The notes beneath the pieces were generated by a model. The model was not told where the DNA came from. It made no database searches and worked only from the letters and a program-made list of their open reading frames with translations. Below are positions 7,117 to 14,950 of a stretch of DNA of 15,805 bases, piece after piece; position 1 is the stretch's first letter, and every line of letters starts with the position of its first letter. The translations under genes and the position numbers were made by a program. Source of the DNA: Candidatus Hermodarchaeota archaeon (GTDB lineage Archaea > Asgardarchaeota > Thorarchaeia > Thorarchaeales > Thorarchaeaceae); the NCBI GenBank assembly GCA_048885865.1, contig JBHLLF010000052.1:1-15805 (forward strand), given 5' to 3'.

Positions 7117-7968
7117 TTATGCAGCCTTGGTTTCTGCTTTCCCCTCAAGAATTGCTTTTCGAATTATCTGAATCAACCGGTCCCTATATGAAATATCAAT
7201 GGCGACCAATTCGTAGGTTGGGATGCCAAGAATCTGTCCAACTCTCTCAGGTGTCAATGCGGTAGGCAAATCTTGCTTATTGGCAATTCCAATTACCTTC
7301 GCTTCAGGAACTTCGTCCTTTACCAGAGTGACCAGTTTCTTACTTCGAAGGACATTCTCAAGAGTGCTGTCCGTGACAATCACTACAACCTGTGCATTCG
7401 CAATCATTTTCGCCCATAGAATGCTAAATCTTGACTGACCAGCCAAATCCCAGAGCACAATGTTGGCGTTCTGAACTTCTTCCGGAAGCCGCTTTATACT
7501 CACACCAATCGTCGGATCGTGAACAAGAGGAAGTGTTTCGCCTCTTAGTAGATGCAAAGTCGTTGTCTTGCCCACACCTGCGAAACCGAGAATCGCCACT
7601 TTGACCATGGTTACTGCAATTTCATCCACTTTGGCATCGAACCCATCCAAGGGCTGCTTGGCTGTGGCTAGGTTTGCAAAGTCCTTCATGAAGGTTTCAA
7701 CCATTTGGGTCATCTTGTCTTCAATCTGTACTGAATCGTCTGCTTTATCAGCAACAAAGACGAAAGTGAAGAAGTCTCTCTGAGCGAAGAATATTCGAGA
7801 AATGGCTACGTTCATAAACTCAGTCTTTCCTTCAAGATCGACACTCCTAAGGAAATGGACAAGATTCACAAGAAACTCAACCAGAGTTGCCTTTGAGTCA
7901 CTCTTAGCATATTCTTTGGAGTAGAGAACGTCTCCTTCTTGACCCAAAATATATACACTTCGAATCAA
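7117..7968 (-). CDS. Longin domain fused to an Arf-like Ras-superfamily small GTPase
   Basis: G1 GFAGVGKTT (7587..7561), G2 PTIG, G3 LWDLAGQSRF..LW, G4 ANKQDLP. The N-terminus (M)IRSVYILGQEGDVLYSKEY...FTFVFVADKADD resembles sigma/mu-adaptin and SRX longins. Likely start is TTG 7968 after GGAGTGAG; alternative GTG 7977. Confidence 0.85.
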   Translation of the reverse strand: MIRSVYILGQEGDVLYSKEYAKSDSKATLVEFLVNLVHFLRSVDLEGKTEFMNVAISRIFFAQRDFFTFVFVADKADDSVQIEDKMTQMVETFMKDFANLATAKQPLDGFDAKVDEIAVTMVKVAILGFAGVGKTTTLHLLRGETLPLVHDPTIGVSIKRLPEEVQNANIVLWDLAGQSRFSILWAKMIANAQVVVIVTDSTLENVLRSKKLVTLVKDEVPEAKVIGIANKQDLPTALTPERVGQILGIPTYELVAIDISYRDRLIQIIRKAILEGKAETKAA

Positions 7969-7969
7969 C

Positions 7970-9073
7970 TTACTCACTCCAAGTCTGCACAAGAAGCTCC
8001 AAATATCTTCTTGCGGTATCTGAACCAAGCTTTTTCTCTTCAATCTTTGTTGCGACTATCGGAAGAATATACTCCGGCATGAAAATTTCCATCTTTGGAT
8101 TGGTTATTAGTGCCCAAACTCCTTCTTCCTCGAAATTTGCAACAATTCTTTCCGCTTCCATGGCCCACAATGCCTTCTGAACAACTTCATCAGGGAATGA
8201 AATTTCACTGGCAATTTGACCAAGGCGAAGTGGCCCATTTCTTAGGCAGTCTAGAACTGCGTAGTTGATGCTATTTGCCATAATTCTCGCAATTTTCTCT
8301 CTATCTTCTAGAATTGGCGAATTGGGATCAGTGACCGGCAAAGTGGGATTATAGCCCTTCGTTGGTGGATCAGGAGAAAAGAATTTCTTCAGATACTCTT
8401 GATACTGGGGCATTAAGTTAGGATGAGCAACACTAGTAGCATTGAATGACTTAATAGGCGGAGATCTGTGTGGGAACACATCTTTCAACAGAAAAGCTGT
8501 TTCCAACTTGCCGATGATTTCCACCGCGACGATTCCTGAATCCATCAGGGGCGTAATAGCTTCCCTCAAATCCACATTTTCACTCTGAATTTGATTCTTC
8601 AGCCACATGGACAGTTTGGCAGTACTCTCAACACCCTCCGAGTGGAGCCTTTCCAAAAGAAGGGCTGAGGAAGGTGTCATGTAAATAGCGGCCGCTTTTT
8701 GCTCGTCATCGACAACGGGCATGGAGCTTTTCTTAGCCAAGACTTCTTCAATATCTAATGATTCTGGATCCGCAATCATGAGTTCCAGCATGAATCTGCC
8801 CATACCTTTGAGTTCATGCGAGATATCCTCCAGAACATCATCTTCGTTTAGTACATAGCACACTGTCCAGCCTGGAAATGTCTCCATTGCAAAGGAAGCA
8901 ATTCGCATCCCTTCAATCTCAGAATCTCTGATTTCCTCTTCTTTTCCTTGCTGATGCTCAAAATAGACTAGATTGAGCATGGTTTCCGTCAATGCAAGAG
9001 AAGAGGGATGACGCTTCTTTACAAGGAAACCATGAAAATCATCTAATTGAATGATGAAGGCGGCTTCTGGCAT
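7970..9073 (-). CDS. Hypothetical protein with a putative uDENN/longin-like N-terminus and two winged-helix-like segments
   Basis: 367-aa ORF abutting the GTPase start. N-terminal AAFIIQLDDFHGFLVKKRHP resembles the uDENN/longin F..FD...GP.....YP start. wHTH-like segments are LLLERLHSEG...PLMDSGIV and YAVLDCLRNGPLRLGQIASEISFPDEVVQKALWAMEAERIV. Confidence 0.7.
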   Translation of the reverse strand: MPEAAFIIQLDDFHGFLVKKRHPSSLALTETMLNLVYFEHQQGKEEEIRDSEIEGMRIASFAMETFPGWTVCYVLNEDDVLEDISHELKGMGRFMLELMIADPESLDIEEVLAKKSSMPVVDDEQKAAAIYMTPSSALLLERLHSEGVESTAKLSMWLKNQIQSENVDLREAITPLMDSGIVAVEIIGKLETAFLLKDVFPHRSPPIKSFNATSVAHPNLMPQYQEYLKKFFSPDPPTKGYNPTLPVTDPNSPILEDREKIARIMANSINYAVLDCLRNGPLRLGQIASEISFPDEVVQKALWAMEAERIVANFEEEGVWALITNPKMEIFMPEYILPIVATKIEEKKLGSDTARRYLELLVQTWSE

Positions 9074-9139
9074 TTGTCGTTCCCATCTCGGAGAGACAAT
9101 TATTGCATAAAAGAATGACCATTATGTATTCCTCAAGCC

Positions 9140-9487
9140 CTATTCTAAATGCTCAATGCACTGGATGTTTCCATTTTCATCCAGAATCCAGCAATTCTCG
9201 CATACAGAAATCCCACAGATTGCGCATATTCCGATATGATGATTCAGTCCTTCAAACTTGCAGTCGCTACCTTTCACTGAATGGACATCACAGTACATGC
9301 TACCGCAACGATTGCACGACAGAATAGCATCATTTCTACATAGCACACATGATGATTTTATCTCAGCCTGAGTGAGTTCGCCCTCTCGTGCATAGCCTGG
9401 GCAGGTTTTAACTTCACAATATCCTATTCCTTTGTAACTGCCGCAATGAGTACAGTAGGGGTCAAGGACAGGTTTGTTTCTCTTCAT
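9140..9487 (-). CDS. Small multi-zinc-finger protein (B-box/AN1-like Cys/His spacing)
   Basis: From ATG 9487: 115 aa with 15 Cys, including CTHC, CEVKTC, CVLC, CNRC....CDVH, CAIC....CENC and CIEH. Confidence 0.72.
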   Translation of the reverse strand: MKRNKPVLDPYCTHCGSYKGIGYCEVKTCPGYAREGELTQAEIKSSCVLCRNDAILSCNRCGSMYCDVHSVKGSDCKFEGLNHHIGICAICGISVCENCWILDENGNIQCIEHLE

Positions 9488-9593
9488 TGCCTTTTGGCGC
9501 TCCAATTCTTGAGAAGGCGCTCTCAAAGACTACATGATGAGGTGTTAGAAAGGATGAAAAGGATTTCTTTGCCAACGAAAGCAGTGGACCCCA

Positions 9594-11897
9594 ATGGACA
9601 TTGAGAAGGACACTCTCGTCATCCCGACAACTGCAGCCCGTAGTATCCAGTTGGCGGGAGGCCCACCAATGGAGCAGGCTATTCCTGAGGATTATGTTCT
9701 TGCATCAATGGTAATGCGCGCTCTTGAAGCCCGGAATGGGCAGGAACTTGAGTTTGTCCTTAAGACATACTATCCCATAATGGTCGTGCAGTCTTCGATA
9801 CCCAACTTCTGCTTCTTGATTGAGCTACTGGGAATTAGCTCTGGGAATTTGTTGCCCATGACTGGGATTGATATCTCAGGCATTCAGAATTGCATTGAAT
9901 CATCTGAAACCCCAAACCAACTCCAAAAGTGTATTGAAGATACACACGACCTAGTTGCCTCCCTGATGAAGAGCAATGAGATGACCATTCCTGGATTGCT
10001 CTCTGGAGAGCAGGCTGATGGGATTTCAGACCTTATGGATTGGCCAATAAGTGACATTCTGGAGGAATTTGGTCTTGTTTTACCAGAGGCCATAAGCAGC
10101 AAAGAAGTGTCTCGCTTGTTTGACACATTATATGAAACCTCCAGTGTCATTGGTTCGGCAGTTGATCTTCTCTCAAATCTGCTGGATATGATTCATCAGA
10201 GAATCATGAATATTGTTGGTGAGAGCAGATCAGAGTCATCTCATAAGACTAGCAGATTGAAGCAACGAATAGAGTTCTTGAAAAGAGAACTCGAGATGCT
10301 CGATTCTCGTTTGGAACAAAGGCGCGATGCCGCGGAATTGATGCGTGAAAGAAAAGCAAGAGCTGATGCGCTAAAGAGGGATGAGGCACGGCTTGAGGAA
10401 TTGCTTGGACGCACTCGCAACACCTCAGAGAAGCTGCTGGAACAAGAAGAGCTTCTGCGCAATGAGATTAACACAATGAGCTCAGCGATTCGAAAGCAAA
10501 GGGAGCTGCTCGATAATTACCTTGTACCACTGAGAGGGATTGAAATTCAGGACAAATCGTCACTTCTTCTAATTCCCTTCGTCATGGCTGGTTTTTCTAA
10601 GAAGGGACGCCTGAAAATCGTGGCATATCCACCTTCTCGACTAGAGGATGAGCGACAAAAAGTGGGGCGCTTGCGGGAATTTGCTGATGTCTTCGTACCC
10701 TCATCAGATGCGATAAGTTCCATAGCAAGCATAATCACCAGTCGTGCAAACAGAGATGTGACCCTGAGGAAACATATCCGAGAACTCTCAAAGGAGATGA
10801 GTCTTCTAGCTTCAAAACATGCACGCAAGTTGCTCCGAGAAGGGACTCAAGCTCTTGTAGCAGATGGCTTAATCAAAAGGTCAATGATGCAGGAGCTGGA
10901 CTCAATTCTCGATGGGATTCCTGAGCAAAGTATCAAACCCAGGAGAGTGAAAAGGTCCAAAGTCTTCCCTGCTGGAGACGCCGCTTGCAGGGTTAGATTC
11001 CATGTTTATGACGATTCAGGAAATCCAGTGCCTGGAGCTACTCTTGAGTTGGGTGCTTTTACTGCGAGTTCTGATTCTAAGGGGGTGATAAAAGCCTCCC
11101 TTCCCAAGAGCAATTATGAGGGACGAGTTAGTGCCAAAGGATACCGTGAGCGCCAGTTGGAGTTCACGCTCAATACGCCAGGAAACATCGTCGTTCCCAT
11201 AGTACTTAGCCCGCTTTCAAAGGAAGAGAAACTGGATAAAGAGCTGGATGTCCTCATTGATCGTGCAAACAGAATTGAACGTATTCGGGAACGGCTCGGG
11301 GAGGCATTCGAGAAACAAGGGACTACACTTCTCAAAATTCCAGCATACAGAAGTGCTCTGGTCGAATTGCTATCTGAGCTAGGATATGATGCGGAAGCTT
11401 GGATTGCTCAGGCAAGGACAAAACGAGGTATGGTCAAAGGTTTCCTCAAACGAGACGATCGAATTCATGGTGTGAGAAGAGACATTCTACGACTTGCTGA
11501 GGAGTCTAGGGATTCTGGTGGAGTGATGCTCTTCTCCGAACTGCTATTGCGTCTTGATAATATGGGGTGGGCGACTAGTTCAGATGAAGCGGAAGGCATT
11601 ATCAGGGATATGTCCAAGGAAGGTCTCATTGAAGGGCTTTCTACACTCGAGAGCGGAGCAGTGATTGTGAAATTCATTCCAGTTGCTTTGACTGATGACC
11701 CTCAGCAGCTAATGAGTCTCGCAGCAGAAAGCGACGGAAGTCTGACTATTGAGGCAGCGATTGTGAAGCTTGGTTGGACTGAAGAGCGTGTCAAGAACGC
11801 ATTGGATCTGCTTGTCGAAGAGGGTATCGCCAAGATGCAAAGGAGCTATTCGAAGAGTACACAATATTGGTTCCCGGGGCTTCGGGGAAAGAAATAA
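9594..11897 (+). CDS. Large fusion protein: alpha/beta domain with coiled-coil insert, carboxypeptidase-regulatory-like (Ig/transthyretin-like) domain, and C-terminal ESCRT-II Vps22/Vps36 (EAP30)-like domain
   Basis: The C-terminal ~220 aa follow the Vps22/Snf8 pattern: YRSALVELLSELGYD, SGGVMLFSEL, IVKFIPVALTDDPQQLMSLA, LGWTEERVKNALDLLVEEG, YWFPGL. The beta-sandwich motif VYDDSGNPVPGATL...SDSKG...VSAKGY lies at about 10984-11213 and a coiled coil at about 10170-10520. Confidence 0.8.
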   Translation: MDIEKDTLVIPTTAARSIQLAGGPPMEQAIPEDYVLASMVMRALEARNGQELEFVLKTYYPIMVVQSSIPNFCFLIELLGISSGNLLPMTGIDISGIQNCIESSETPNQLQKCIEDTHDLVASLMKSNEMTIPGLLSGEQADGISDLMDWPISDILEEFGLVLPEAISSKEVSRLFDTLYETSSVIGSAVDLLSNLLDMIHQRIMNIVGESRSESSHKTSRLKQRIEFLKRELEMLDSRLEQRRDAAELMRERKARADALKRDEARLEELLGRTRNTSEKLLEQEELLRNEINTMSSAIRKQRELLDNYLVPLRGIEIQDKSSLLLIPFVMAGFSKKGRLKIVAYPPSRLEDERQKVGRLREFADVFVPSSDAISSIASIITSRANRDVTLRKHIRELSKEMSLLASKHARKLLREGTQALVADGLIKRSMMQELDSILDGIPEQSIKPRRVKRSKVFPAGDAACRVRFHVYDDSGNPVPGATLELGAFTASSDSKGVIKASLPKSNYEGRVSAKGYRERQLEFTLNTPGNIVVPIVLSPLSKEEKLDKELDVLIDRANRIERIRERLGEAFEKQGTTLLKIPAYRSALVELLSELGYDAEAWIAQARTKRGMVKGFLKRDDRIHGVRRDILRLAEESRDSGGVMLFSELLLRLDNMGWATSSDEAEGIIRDMSKEGLIEGLSTLESGAVIVKFIPVALTDDPQQLMSLAAESDGSLTIEAAIVKLGWTEERVKNALDLLVEEGIAKMQRSYSKSTQYWFPGLRGKK

Positions 11898-11936
11898 GAC
11901 CCTCGCAACTCAACCAGCCACATTGAGGAGTTTCCA

Positions 11937-12725
11937 ATGAACCGTTTGTCGCATATGATATTTGCATTTTCTCTTTTTGTAGGAATGTACACGCTAATCT
12001 ATGCCTTCAGTGTCTGGCTGGCAGGATCCGGCCTTCTCTTTGATCTGCTATTCTACTACATTGCAGGTGGCATAGTTCTCACTATTCTTGCCGTGCCAAT
12101 CCTGTTCTTCAAAGCTCCAAACAAAGACATGGCCAACCGAACAAGCAGCAATCGTGGCGCTGTGGGGGCGATGTCATTCATGACATTCTGCATTGGTTCG
12201 CTTTGCGGAGCTGTTTATTATCAGTGGACCTCGGGAATTCTCTTCATTGGAGATATCTCTATTTTCATAGGCGCCGTGATAACGATGTCAGGCGCACTCA
12301 TGCCAGACTGGGACATCCCATTTCTAGGAATAGCACGACACAGAAACATCATTTTCCATTCCATAATTCTACCGCTCCTCATTGTCTTGATGACGCTAGT
12401 CAATGTCGCGCAAAGCATTGTTTCTTCATACTCGTTGAGTATCGGGGCTCACACGGAATACTACATCACCGCCCTCTTCCTGATTGGATATGCTTCACAT
12501 CTCTACCTGGATATCTTTCCAAGTGACGCTAATCCATTGGAGATAATTTGGCGTTCGGTAGATGTTACTAGCAATGCTCCAACTGGATTGAGACCCTTCG
12601 GCCCTATTAAAATCTCAAAGAATAACGCTCGAATGTGGCTAGTGGGAAATGCAACCCTGCTAGTGCTCATTGCGTTAGGCTTGCTGGGACTCTACTTCTA
12701 CAACCTGATACTGGTAGCACCGTAG
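11937..12725 (+). CDS. Polytopic membrane-bound metal-dependent hydrolase (YdjM/DUF457-like)
   Basis: Multiple TM helices with the family motifs N-terminal H, GALMPDWD, HRNIIFHS and GYASHLYLD. SD GAGGAG lies upstream. Confidence 0.8.
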   Translation: MNRLSHMIFAFSLFVGMYTLIYAFSVWLAGSGLLFDLLFYYIAGGIVLTILAVPILFFKAPNKDMANRTSSNRGAVGAMSFMTFCIGSLCGAVYYQWTSGILFIGDISIFIGAVITMSGALMPDWDIPFLGIARHRNIIFHSIILPLLIVLMTLVNVAQSIVSSYSLSIGAHTEYYITALFLIGYASHLYLDIFPSDANPLEIIWRSVDVTSNAPTGLRPFGPIKISKNNARMWLVGNATLLVLIALGLLGLYFYNLILVAP

Positions 12726-12727
12726 GA

Positions 12728-13027
12728 CTAGTCCCAATCGTCGTCGTCATCGAGGAATTCATCCTCATCTTCGAGTTCGCGCTCAGGAGGCAAATCGCTA
12801 TCGTCGTCAAAATCTTCTTCATCGTCATCCTCAAATAGAAATGTGTCAGGGTCGACTTCATCTTCTAAAACCTCAAGATCATCGGTCCGTTTTGCTTTCT
12901 TCTTGAGATGGCCTGCCATACATAGATTGTCCAAGGGGTCGTAATGTTCGCATTCTGGGCAACATTCCCCTTTATGATCGCAGGTATAGAATGCCCCGCA
13001 TATCTTGCAACACTTCAGTTCCGACAC
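12728..13027 (-). CDS. Small Cys-rich protein with a highly acidic C-terminal tail ending DDDDDWD
   Basis: 8 Cys in the first 36 aa (CCKIC, C, CCPEC, C), a basic KKKAKR patch, then an Asp/Glu-rich tail. It fills the gap between the converging hydrolase and the divergent gltX. Confidence 0.7.
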   Translation of the reverse strand: MSELKCCKICGAFYTCDHKGECCPECEHYDPLDNLCMAGHLKKKAKRTDDLEVLEDEVDPDTFLFEDDDEEDFDDDSDLPPERELEDEDEFLDDDDDWD

Positions 13028-13163
13028 ATTTCTGCACCATGGAATCGTAGTAACATATACGAACCCTCATTTATGCCAAATAAGCATGTCCCTGTGATAC
13101 CGTTTTTGCCGTCCAGTTAACGTTAAATGAGTCGAACTAGGATTTGTTCCAGAGTGGTTACAT

Positions 13164-14900
13164 TTGGACAGTCTTGAGAACGAGGTTCGCAAATTCGTAT
13201 TGGACAACGGTGTCAAGTATGATGGCAAGCCAACTGTTAAGTCGGTCATGAGTGCGATACTAGGCGCCAGAGCGGACTTGCGGTCTCGTGCTCGTGAGAT
13301 AAAGGAGATTGCTCAACGTTTAGTGACAGAAGTTGAGAAGATGTCAGTAGAGGAGCAGCGAGCCGAACTCAAGATGATAGCCCCAGAAATGTTGGAGGTG
13401 GCTTCCGAGGCTATTGAAGATAGGGAACTTCCAGATCTTCCTAATATCAACAAGTGGCCCAAAGTAGTAATGCGGCTTGCACCTTTTCCTTCAGGCCCAT
13501 TGCATATAGGCAATGCAAGAATGGTCATTCTCAATGATTATTATGTCAAGAGATATGATGGCGAATTGATACTCGTCTTTGACGATACGATTGGTTCAGC
13601 AGAAAAGGCAGTGGAACCAGATGCCTTTGACTTGATTCCAGAAGGACTAGAATATCTCGATGTCAAGTGGCATCGTACAGTCTACAAATCTGACAGGTTG
13701 GAAATCTTCTACAAATACGCTGTTGATCTCATCGAACGGAAAGAGGCCTACGTATGCGACTGCGATGCTGATATCTGGAGGACCGAGCATAAGGTCAAAG
13801 GAAAAGCTTGCAGTTGTAGCTTTCTCACCATTGAGGAGAACCTCGCTAGATGGGAAAAGATGCTTGATGGAACCTATCCTGAGAGAGGTGCAGCTGTGCG
13901 ACTTAGGACAGGGATGAGTGATCCAGATCCAGCTATGCGGGATCACGTGATTCTACGAATCTCCGAAACGGAACATCACCGAGTGGGCACGAAATATCGG
14001 GTTTGGCCCCTCTTGGAGTATTCATGGGGTATTGACGACCATGAGCTTGGAGTCACGCATATCATTCGGGGCAAAGACCTAGTGAAAGAGGGCAAGATCG
14101 AGCAACACATCTGGAACATTTACGGATGGCATCATCCCGAGCTCATCTATTTTGGTCGACTGAAATTCCAGGACGCCAAGCTTAGCAAGAGTAAGTCACG
14201 AAAGGAGGTTCTCGAGGGTGTCTATTCTGGATGGGATGACCCACGAACATGGAGTCTGCAGTCATTGCAGAAGCGGGGAATACATCCGGATGCCATCAGA
14301 AAAGCACTGCTTGACTTAGGTCTCAGTATAACTGACATCTCAATGTCGATGAAGGCGGTTTATGCAGAGAATCGCAAGCTTCGTGATGCTGATGCACCCC
14401 GGGCGTTCTTCGTGGCATCGCCTGTTTGGTTGGATTTACATCATGTTCCTGAAGATATTCAATTCGCGGAAGCTCCGGTACATCCAGATTTTCCAGAACG
14501 TGGGACTCGCAATATACCCCTTTCACGTGAGAAGGTTGACTCGCTTGTGAGGGTTGGTATATCTGACGCAGACTATAGGAAATTGTCTGAAGGTGAAGTC
14601 TTTAGATTGAAGGACTTGGCAAATTTCACCCTGAAGAAAGGGAAGAAACCCCAGGGCGTCTTTCACAGTCTGGATGTTGATGAAGTCCGCCAAGTTGGAG
14701 GCTCAATCATTCATTGGATTCCAAAGTCAGACTCTGTGCCAGTTGAATTGACAATGATTGATGGAGAGCTGGTGACTGGGCTGGGAGAACCAGGAATGCG
14801 TGCTATTAAGGAAGGCACATTCCTCCAATTCGAGCGAGTGGGTTTTGCTCGAATCTACGAATCGGGTGACAATATCAAGGCTGCATTCTCACACAAATGA
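13164..14900 (+). CDS. gltX: Glutamate--tRNA ligase (archaeal/eukaryotic type)
   Basis: RLAPFPSGPLHIGN (HIGH motif), FDDT, AYVCDC, DPAMRD, THIIRGKD, KLSKS (KMSKS motif), GWDDPR and LQFERVGF. Archaeal N-terminal helical extension; TTG start. Confidence 0.97.
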   Translation: MDSLENEVRKFVLDNGVKYDGKPTVKSVMSAILGARADLRSRAREIKEIAQRLVTEVEKMSVEEQRAELKMIAPEMLEVASEAIEDRELPDLPNINKWPKVVMRLAPFPSGPLHIGNARMVILNDYYVKRYDGELILVFDDTIGSAEKAVEPDAFDLIPEGLEYLDVKWHRTVYKSDRLEIFYKYAVDLIERKEAYVCDCDADIWRTEHKVKGKACSCSFLTIEENLARWEKMLDGTYPERGAAVRLRTGMSDPDPAMRDHVILRISETEHHRVGTKYRVWPLLEYSWGIDDHELGVTHIIRGKDLVKEGKIEQHIWNIYGWHHPELIYFGRLKFQDAKLSKSKSRKEVLEGVYSGWDDPRTWSLQSLQKRGIHPDAIRKALLDLGLSITDISMSMKAVYAENRKLRDADAPRAFFVASPVWLDLHHVPEDIQFAEAPVHPDFPERGTRNIPLSREKVDSLVRVGISDADYRKLSEGEVFRLKDLANFTLKKGKKPQGVFHSLDVDEVRQVGGSIIHWIPKSDSVPVELTMIDGELVTGLGEPGMRAIKEGTFLQFERVGFARIYESGDNIKAAFSHK

Positions 14901-14950
14901 ATCGTACCAAGCGGCCAAAGATGACTTATAGCTGAGGCGCATTTCCTAGC

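Noticed and set aside
7978-8043. Extended N-terminus of the GTPase ORF (start 8043)
   Set aside because: It overlaps the upstream gene by over 70 nt. The SD-like site and longin-type N-terminus favour TTG 7968 (or GTG 7977).
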